NCBI RefSeq assembly: GCF_003057965.1
Contig: NZ_CP020921.1
Coordinates: 176,100-208,099, forward strand
Direction: 5' to 3'
DNA from: Thermodesulfobium acidiphilum
GTDB lineage: Bacteria; Thermodesulfobiota; Thermodesulfobiia; Thermodesulfobiales; Thermodesulfobiaceae
Length of the DNA: 32,000 nucleotides
Below the pieces are notes generated by a model. It did not search any database and was not told the DNA's origin. It was given only the letters and a program-made list of their open reading frames with translations. Below are positions 26,465-32,000 of this stretch, piece by piece (the stretch's first letter is position 1; each line of letters begins with the position of its first letter). Position numbers and translations under genes: made by a program.

Positions 26465-27578
26465 TTATTACTCTACTTCTCCAATAGAAGATGAAGTTTG
26501 TGAGGCGATGTATCCATATTTGAAAGAAAGGTTCTTTAATCCTCTTTCAAAAAATAAAATGGGCGCTATGATAAAGGAAGAAATTGAAAAAGCAAGGTCG
26601 AAAGTAGCTAAACTAATAAATGCGAGCGATGACGAGATTATATTTACATCATCTGGCACGGAATCAAACAACACTGTTATTAAAGGTTTGTCTTTTGCTT
26701 ATGAAAAGAGGGGCAAGCACGTTATTACCTCAAAGTCTGAACATCATTCAGTATTGAATCCAATGAGAAGTCTTGAAAGAATGGGTTTTTATGTTACGTT
26801 TCTGTCACCAGATAAATATGGAGAAATCAAACCTTCTTATGTGGAAAGTGCAATAAGAGACGACACAATGTTAGTTTCGTTAAGTTTTGGTTCTGTTGAT
26901 GTGGGAACCATAAACAATATAAAAGAAATAGCTAAAATCTTGAAAAAGAAAGATATTTTGTTTCATACTGATGCTGTGGCGGCAGTGGGTAACGTTCATA
27001 TAGATGTAAGGGATCTTGGTGTGGACTCCTTATCTTTTAGTTCTCACATTTTTGGCGGTCCTAAGGGAGTAGGCGGTTTTTATCTTAGAGATGGCCTGAG
27101 ATTTATGCCTCTAATTTATGGCGGGCCCCAAGAATTTGGCAAAAGAGCTGGTACAGAGAACGTGCCGGGAATAATTGGTATTGGAGTTGCAGCTGAATTG
27201 GCAATGCTAAACCTTGATAAAAGGATTGAAAAAAGAAATAAATTAATATCTGAAATTAAAAAAATACTTTCTCTCGATGGTATAAAACTCGTAGGAAAGG
27301 ATCTTGAAAGGTTACCAGGACACCTTTCTTTTATTATAGATAAAGTCAAAAGTTCAGATATGATTTCTTATCTTGAATCAAACGATATATACGTTTCGAG
27401 TGGTTCCCCATGCGTTTCTTACGCGCTTAAAGCTTCGCCAGTTCTTATAAGCATGGGATATACCTTTGAACAGGCGTCAAGCATAATAGCACTATCTACA
27501 AGCCACAAAACTACCGAAGAAGAAATAGGCCTTTTCCTTGAAATTTTTGAAAGGGGTATCAAGAAGCTAAGGCGCTAG
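26451..27578 (+). CDS. Class-V aminotransferase, NifS/IscS-like cysteine desulfurase homolog (canonical PLP Lys replaced)
   Basis: MIYLDYYSTSP, TSSGTESNN, SEHHSV, HTDAV, SFSSHIFGGPKGVGGFYLR and SSGSPCVS all align to NifS/IscS signatures. The position of the Schiff-base Lys (SxSxHK / SANK) is Ile, codon 27048-27050. ATG 26451 is preferred over the track's TTG 26439; it overlaps the tusA-like end by 14 nt. Confidence 0.85.
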   Translation: MIYLDYYSTSPIEDEVCEAMYPYLKERFFNPLSKNKMGAMIKEEIEKARSKVAKLINASDDEIIFTSSGTESNNTVIKGLSFAYEKRGKHVITSKSEHHSVLNPMRSLERMGFYVTFLSPDKYGEIKPSYVESAIRDDTMLVSLSFGSVDVGTINNIKEIAKILKKKDILFHTDAVAAVGNVHIDVRDLGVDSLSFSSHIFGGPKGVGGFYLRDGLRFMPLIYGGPQEFGKRAGTENVPGIIGIGVAAELAMLNLDKRIEKRNKLISEIKKILSLDGIKLVGKDLERLPGHLSFIIDKVKSSDMISYLESNDIYVSSGSPCVSYALKASPVLISMGYTFEQASSIIALSTSHKTTEEEIGLFLEIFERGIKKLRR

Positions 27579-27585
27579 CTTATGT

Positions 27586-28011
27586 TTACTTACAGAGTTT
27601 TTTACAATTTTTTTTTACCAGATCGTTAAGGGTAATTTTTCCTAAGAAAGAGTTTACCTGATTACCAATTTTCTGCCACAACGCTCTTGTCAGACAATCC
27701 TCAGCCCTATGACACTTTGAAGGATCCGCCGAACACTCTGTTATCAAAACAGGTCCTTCAAGTACCTCTATTACATCCTTTATTATAATTTTCTTCGGGT
27801 CTACGTTTAGCTTATATCCGCCGCCAGGACCTTTAAAGCTTTCTACTATTCCATGATGTTTCAAAACGTTTAGAACCTGTTCAAGATAAGAAAGGGATAT
27901 TTCCTGGTCTTTGGCAAGCTGATGAGCAGGTATGGTGTAACCCTTTTTTACCTGTGCAAGCTGACATAAAGCTCTTAATCCATATCTAGTTTTGGTTGAA
28001 AGCTTAAACAT
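27586..28011 (-). CDS. Rrf2-family transcriptional regulator (IscR/CymR-like, three clustered Cys)
   Basis: 141 aa. N-terminal wHTH (LSTKTRYGLRAL...), the Rrf2 signature SFKGPGGGYKL, and a Cys cluster CSADPSKCHRAEDC resembling Fe-S-binding IscR-type ligands. Confidence 0.9.
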   Translation of the reverse strand: MFKLSTKTRYGLRALCQLAQVKKGYTIPAHQLAKDQEISLSYLEQVLNVLKHHGIVESFKGPGGGYKLNVDPKKIIIKDVIEVLEGPVLITECSADPSKCHRAEDCLTRALWQKIGNQVNSFLGKITLNDLVKKNCKKLCK

Positions 28012-28084
28012 GTAAATATAATATCATATAAGTTCAATAATTTTTATTTTTTTATTAAACAAACATATAAGATATATTTATAAG

Positions 28085-29620
28085 TTAATAAGTAAATTTT
28101 TTTGTTAATTTAAAAACCTTATTATAAAAGTATTTGGATTCTTCCCACTTTAAGATAAAGCTTAAAATGAAGTAAAATGCGATTGAGGACAATGGATATG
28201 CTATCTCAAAATATCCCCTTAAATGTAAGAAGTGTGATATACAATAAAAAAATAAACAACATAAAAACGCAATAAAACCTCTAATTAAAATTTTTGTTAA
28301 AAACCTGTTTAACGAAAATAAACCTTTTTTGTCAAGTATATATAGTTGCCATATTGAACTTATAAGTGTGCCAATAATTGAGCCTAGCGCTACTATAAAT
28401 ATACCATATGGTTTGACAAACAGGGCACAAAATATAATGTTAAAAATTATTCCAGCCAGGATAGACCAAAAGCTCTCCCACGGTTTTTTTAATGCTATAA
28501 ACGCCTGGTATGACATGCCAGTTATTCCTATTGTATAAAGCATCAATATATGATAAGACAAAAATTGTGAAGTAATTAAAGCTGCACTATTGTTAAAGGC
28601 TCCATGTCTATAAGTAATTGATATTATTATGTAACTAAAAAAAATAGTGCTAAATACAATTGGAGACATTAGATAAATAATTGCGTTCATTCCATTGGAA
28701 AAGGTTCTCTTGAATTCGTTGATCTTATTTTCACTTGCAAAGGATATCATAGTTGGAAAAAGAGCACTCATTATAGAAAAAATTACAAGCCCAGCAGTCC
28801 CATATTCGAATCTTGCAGAATAATTAACTGCGCTTATTGCTCCACTTGCAAGCCAGGACGCTGCTGTAGTTGCTATAAAAAGATGAATCGGCCAAAGGTT
28901 TGTTCCTATTAGGGTAGGCAATAGTAGATTAAGAAGTCTCTTTTGATTGATGTTAAAAAGTTTTAGCTTTTTAAAAATATTCTTCTTTATTCGTTTTTTT
29001 ATCCAGATCCACAAGCCTATAATTTGTAAAATTGCCCAAATTACCTGAGAGAAGATAAATGCGTTTATTCCAAATGGCTTTGTGAAAAAGAGTAGAGCGC
29101 CTACTGTAAATATGTTAAACAAAAAGGCAAAGAGCACAGGGTAGAAAAATTGATAATAAGATTGACATATTACAGTGAGAAATTGTCCAATTCCTGCAAG
29201 AGTTGCATACGAAACACTTAATAAAATTATACTTAAAGCTAAATTTGTACTGATTAGTTTGTCGTGACATTGCCACAAAAATATAATAAGTGAGGTTGAA
29301 ACAAAAAGTACTATCGATTGAATAATTATCCAGAGAAAAGAATTTGCAAGAAATTCAGTCGCACTGTCGTTATCTTTGGATTTTATATCTAAAAATACAG
29401 GCATAAATGAGCCAGAATAAGTTTTTAAAATAGACCATATAAGGGAATTAGAGAGATTAAAAGCGAAGAAAAAGAAGTCTGTAATGTGAGTTATTCCAAA
29501 GGAATATGCAAAAAGTATCTCTCTTATAAAAGCTAGAGGTTTGGAGAACAAATTTGCTCCTGTAAGAAGTAGGGATGCTACGAATGGTGTTTGTTTATCA
29601 ATATTGGAACTAATCTTCAT
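28085..29620 (-). CDS. murJ: MOP-superfamily flippase, MurJ/MviN-like (putative lipid II flippase)
   Basis: Polytopic membrane protein with about 12-14 TM helices. The N-terminal region ...LFSKPLAFIREILFAYSFGITHITDFFFFAFNLSN resembles the MurJ N-terminus. The track ORF extends to 29737 (550 aa), but the first 39 codons are Lys/Tyr/Phe-rich AT-run translation. ATG at 29620 gives 511 aa, typical for MurJ. Another Wzx-like flippase cannot be excluded. Confidence 0.6.
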   Translation of the reverse strand: MKISSNIDKQTPFVASLLLTGANLFSKPLAFIREILFAYSFGITHITDFFFFAFNLSNSLIWSILKTYSGSFMPVFLDIKSKDNDSATEFLANSFLWIIIQSIVLFVSTSLIIFLWQCHDKLISTNLALSIILLSVSYATLAGIGQFLTVICQSYYQFFYPVLFAFLFNIFTVGALLFFTKPFGINAFIFSQVIWAILQIIGLWIWIKKRIKKNIFKKLKLFNINQKRLLNLLLPTLIGTNLWPIHLFIATTAASWLASGAISAVNYSARFEYGTAGLVIFSIMSALFPTMISFASENKINEFKRTFSNGMNAIIYLMSPIVFSTIFFSYIIISITYRHGAFNNSAALITSQFLSYHILMLYTIGITGMSYQAFIALKKPWESFWSILAGIIFNIIFCALFVKPYGIFIVALGSIIGTLISSIWQLYILDKKGLFSLNRFLTKILIRGFIAFLCCLFFYCISHFLHLRGYFEIAYPLSSIAFYFILSFILKWEESKYFYNKVFKLTKKFTY

Positions 29621-29773
29621 TTTATAATTTAGATAATACTTTAGATAAAAAAATTTTTTGTTAAATTTACTATTAAAATGTTTTGAGCAACACAGTAGTT
29701 TTGAGTAAATTGTTAACATAGGGATAATATAAAACATTTTTTATGATCAGTAAAGAGCTTATTGGCTATTTCT

Positions 29774-29805
29774 TTGACCAGATTCTATTGCATAACTTTT
29801 ATAAT
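29774..29805 (+). promoter_or_regulatory. Candidate sigma-70-type promoter for tRNA-Pro (and possibly spoVS copy B)
   Basis: TTGACC (29774-29779) and TATAAT (29800-29805) lie about 24 nt upstream of the tRNA 5' end. However, the spacer is 20 nt, which is longer than optimal. An alternative -10 TTTTAT (29797-29802) would give a 17-nt spacer. Confidence 0.3.
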
Positions 29806-29828
29806 TATGTTATTCTTTGTAAATATGT

Positions 29829-29903
29829 CGGGGTGTAGCGCAGCGGGAGCGCACCTGCTTTGGGAGCAGGGGGTCAGAGGTTCAAATCCTCTCACCCCGA
29901 CCA
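29829..29903 (+). tRNA. tRNA-Pro (anticodon UGG), CCA encoded
   Basis: Manual cloverleaf: acceptor CGGGGTG/CACCCCG, D stem GCGC/GCGC, anticodon stem CCTGC/GCAGG with loop TT-TGG-GA, variable loop GGGTC, T stem AGAGG/CCTCT with loop TTCAAAT, discriminator A, then CCA. It is the only GC-rich island in this intergenic region. Confidence 0.93.
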
Positions 29904-29956
29904 GGTTTTTTTGATATTAGAGCAGAAAAAATGTATTAATTAATGGGGAGGTATTG

Positions 29957-30220
29957 ATGGCAGATATTAGGGTAAGTGCTAACTCAGCTGCAAAGTCTGT
30001 GGCAGGGGCTATTGCTGGAGCTATGAGGGAAAAGGGTAGAGTTGAAGTTCAGGCCATTGGCGCCGGTGCTGTAAACCAGGCTATTAAAGCAATAATTATA
30101 GCAAGAGGTTATCTTGCGCCAGGTGGTCTTGATGTTATTTGTATTCCGTCATTTACTTATGTAAATGTGGACGGTGAAGAGAGGACTGCAATAAAGCTTA
30201 TTGTTGAGCCAAGATATTAG
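29957..30220 (+). CDS. spoVS: SpoVS-family protein, copy B
   Basis: 87 aa from ATG 29957 (the track begins one codon earlier, at TTG 29954). MADIRVSANSAAKSVAGAIA...VQAIGAGAVNQAIKAIIIARGY... GGGGAGG SD 5 nt upstream. Confidence 0.92.
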   Translation: MADIRVSANSAAKSVAGAIAGAMREKGRVEVQAIGAGAVNQAIKAIIIARGYLAPGGLDVICIPSFTYVNVDGEERTAIKLIVEPRY

Positions 30221-30273
30221 CTATATATGGTGAAAGGGTGTGTTAAGAAATAGAACTGTCTAGTACTGAGATA

Positions 30274-30729
30274 GTGTTTATTATTGTGGCCTTTTCTGTC
30301 TTCAACTTAGTTATAATTAGCGCTATGTTTATATTTATAAAGAGATCTTTTTCTGAATTTGCATCCCTTAGCCCAGCTGGTAGAACGCTTATCCTAAATA
30401 GAATTAAGGAGCTTGAAAGCAGATTAGAAAGTGTTGAGAACAATTATAAAGTTTTATCTGGTGATGTAGAAAAAATATTTATAAAACTAAAACATGCTTT
30501 TCAGGGTTCGGGGATTATTCGTTATGATGCTTTTGATAATATTAGTGGTATGTATTCCTTTTCTTATGCGCTATTGGATGCAAACAAAAATGGTATTATT
30601 ATAACCTCCATAATGAGCAGAGATTTTACAAGAGTTTATGCGAAGGAAGTATCCAATGGAAACGTCAATCTTGAAATATCGCCTGAGGAGAAAAAAGCTC
30701 TAGAAATAGCAATAAGTAAAATTAATTAG
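30274..30729 (+). CDS. DUF4446-family membrane-anchored protein
   Basis: 151 aa. N-terminal TM helix, a short coiled segment, then GIIRYDAFDNISGMYSFSYALLDANKNGIIITSIMSRDFTRVYAKEV, which matches my recollection of the DUF4446 core (RYNAF...SFS.ALLD..G.G.V...........YAK). GTG start. Confidence 0.7.
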   Translation: MFIIVAFSVFNLVIISAMFIFIKRSFSEFASLSPAGRTLILNRIKELESRLESVENNYKVLSGDVEKIFIKLKHAFQGSGIIRYDAFDNISGMYSFSYALLDANKNGIIITSIMSRDFTRVYAKEVSNGNVNLEISPEEKKALEIAISKIN

Positions 30730-30741
30730 CTTTGAGGTGCT

Positions 30742-31686
30742 ATGCCAAAGAAATTGAACGACGAAATTACATTTATGATAGTGCCTCACTCAGGGCATAC
30801 TCCCTTTTCGTTCAAAATAAGATGGGGGGTTTTAGTTTTCTTTTTAAGCGTACTCTTTTTTGGGGCTCTCTTTGTGATATGGACCTTTATTTTAGCATTA
30901 AGTGTAAATTCAAGGCTTTCAGATTACCAGATTCTGAAATTTCAAAATGCACGCCAATCTGAGGAGATAAGACAATTAAAAGTTGAGTCAGAAGCTCTAA
31001 AAAAGGATATAAAGCGTCTTAGCGATGAGGAAAAGGAACTAAGAAAAAACCTTGGCATATCTGAACCATCAGATCAAAATTCTAAAGTCAAATCAGATCA
31101 AAGTTCTTCAATAGAGGGAATAAGGCAAGATAACTCGATTGAATTAAGTTTGTTGTTTAGTTCTTCAGCGGATCCAAGATTTATAAATATAAAAAACGAT
31201 CTATCTATTATTAGGACTCAACTTTCCTACAGAGAAAGGAGTTTTAACCAGGTTGCTCAAATAGCTAAGAGAAAGATTAATGAATATGCTTCTTTCCCTA
31301 CTGGTTTTCCTGCAGATGGTGTAATTACGTCTTATTTTGGATATAGACCGGCTTTTGGCGATTTTCATCCTGGAATAGACGTTGCAGCGGGTTATGGTTC
31401 GCCAATATATGCCACTGGTGACGGTGTTGTTGTCTTTGCTGGATGGTATTTATCTGGTTATGGATTAACAGTGATAATTGATCATGGTAACGGTTACGAA
31501 ACCCTTTATGCTCACGATAGTTCTTTTGCAGTTAAAGTTGGGCAAAGAGTTAAAAAAAATCAAGTAATTGCGTACATAGGCCTAACGGGCTTCACGACTG
31601 GTCCTCATGTTCATTATGAGGTTCATCATTATGGAAGGGTAATAAACCCAATGTCAGTAATTGGAGCAAATCCAGCAGAGCTTTAA
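30742..31686 (+). CDS. Membrane-anchored coiled-coil M23/LytM peptidase (third M23 gene in window)
   Basis: 314 aa. N-terminal TM (VLVFFLSVLFFGALFVIWTFILAL), a coiled coil, and a LytM domain with HPGIDVA, YAHDS and GPHVHYEV (intact HxxxD and HxH). GAGGTG SD. Confidence 0.92.
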   Translation: MPKKLNDEITFMIVPHSGHTPFSFKIRWGVLVFFLSVLFFGALFVIWTFILALSVNSRLSDYQILKFQNARQSEEIRQLKVESEALKKDIKRLSDEEKELRKNLGISEPSDQNSKVKSDQSSSIEGIRQDNSIELSLLFSSSADPRFINIKNDLSIIRTQLSYRERSFNQVAQIAKRKINEYASFPTGFPADGVITSYFGYRPAFGDFHPGIDVAAGYGSPIYATGDGVVVFAGWYLSGYGLTVIIDHGNGYETLYAHDSSFAVKVGQRVKKNQVIAYIGLTGFTTGPHVHYEVHHYGRVINPMSVIGANPAEL

Positions 31687-31700
31687 AGGAGGTAAGCAAA

Positions 31701-32000
31701 ATGTTGTTTAAAGTTAAAAGAGGTAGTAGTCCTGTAAGTCCCGATACAATTTTGAGCCATAAAAATGAATTTTCTGGGACCCTTAAGGGGGATGGGAATG
31801 TAAGAATTGACTCTTTGTTCGATGGTGAAATTACCATCGATGGTGAACTCTTTGTGGGGCAGGATGGAAAGGTAAATGCAAACGTTAAGGCAAAGAAAGT
31901 TTCAGTTTTTGGTGAGATAAGAGGGAATATTGAGGCTATTGAAGGGTTAATAATTCATAACAGCGGGAAGGTTTATGGAGATGTCAAGGTTGGAGTGTTG
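31701..32000 (+). CDS. Bactofilin (DUF583/CcmA-like polymer-forming cytoskeletal protein), partial; runs off the right edge
   Basis: Not in the ORF track because it is open-ended. ATG at 31701 after an AAAGGAGG SD. Translation: MLFKVKRGSSPVSPDTILSHKNEFSGTLKGDGNVRIDSLFDGEITIDGELFVGQDGKVNANVKAKKVSVFGEIRGNIEAIEGLIIHNSGKVYGDVKVGVL, showing the repetitive beta-helical G-x-[IV]-x-G pattern of bactofilins. Confidence 0.85.
   Translation, partial: MLFKVKRGSSPVSPDTILSHKNEFSGTLKGDGNVRIDSLFDGEITIDGELFVGQDGKVNANVKAKKVSVFGEIRGNIEAIEGLIIHNSGKVYGDVKVGVL

Noticed and set aside
27564-27581. Palindrome aagcta-aggcgc-tagctt spanning the nifS-like stop codon, between the convergent nifS-like and rrf2 genes. Considered as a possible bidirectional terminator.
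   Set aside because: The stem is only 6 bp, there are no flanking T/A tracts, and most of it lies inside coding sequence.
29621-29737. The 39-codon N-terminal extension of the MurJ-like ORF in the track (start at 29737).
   Set aside because: The translation (MFYIIPMLTIYSKLLCCSKHFNSKFNKKFFYLKYYLNYK) looks like read-through of AT-rich promoter DNA. The internal ATG at 29620 yields a typical MurJ length and N-terminus.
1-32000. A window-wide search for CRISPR arrays, IS elements or transposases, integrases, phage genes, toxin-antitoxin pairs and rRNA.
   Set aside because: There are no regularly spaced short repeats. Apart from the 221-bp M23 cassette, I saw no terminal inverted repeats or recombinase-like ORFs. 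The only stable RNA gene I can support is tRNA-Pro.

Overview
This is an AT-rich bacterial chromosomal window, tightly packed with genes and dominated by housekeeping functions. I found no rRNA, CRISPR array, transposase, integrase or phage-like genes.

Gene order, left to right:
- A minus-strand MBL-fold hydrolase and Sir2/CobB sirtuin pair; the sirtuin runs off the left edge.
- A C4-dicarboxylate/TCA-branch cluster: malic enzyme, sdhCDAB-type succinate dehydrogenase/fumarate reductase, a GltD/SudA-like Fe-S flavoprotein, and the class-I fumarate hydratase alpha subunit.
- An orphan ImmA/IrrE-like HExxH protein.
- lepA-hemW, DUF951, a DegT-family aminotransferase, and recJ-rel-uvrC.
- Two tandem coiled-coil M23/LytM peptidase paralogs, then an M16 peptidase.
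- Convergent miaB preceded by spoVS.
- rluB-like, tusA-like and nifS-like genes, a convergent Rrf2 regulator, and a MurJ-like flippase.
- tRNA-Pro(UGG), a second spoVS, DUF4446, a third M23 peptidase, and a bactofilin that runs off the right edge.

The synteny (lepA-hemW, recJ-rel, spoVS near miaB) looks like Firmicutes or a deep-branching thermophile. I cannot assign the organism from sequence alone. TTG and GTG start codons are unusually frequent.

The most unusual structure is at 19.4-22.2 kb. Two clearly diverged tandem M23 genes share a perfectly identical 221-bp 5' cassette. It carries a strong SD, an untracked 36-codon single-TM micro-ORF coupled to the peptidase start, and the peptidase signal peptide. 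One paralog has also lost a Zn-ligand His of the HxH motif.

Other points worth a second look:
- A NifS/IscS-like protein whose canonical PLP-binding Lys is Ile, coupled to a TusA-like gene.
- A fumarase alpha subunit with no adjacent beta subunit.
- A UvrC that stops before the (HhH)2 domain.
- Inverted spoVS paralogs bracketing a 4.9-kb block.
- A DUF4446-M23-bactofilin cell-shape-type module.

I do not see a convincing novel defense or mobile system. The M23 cassette locus is my best candidate for something undescribed.
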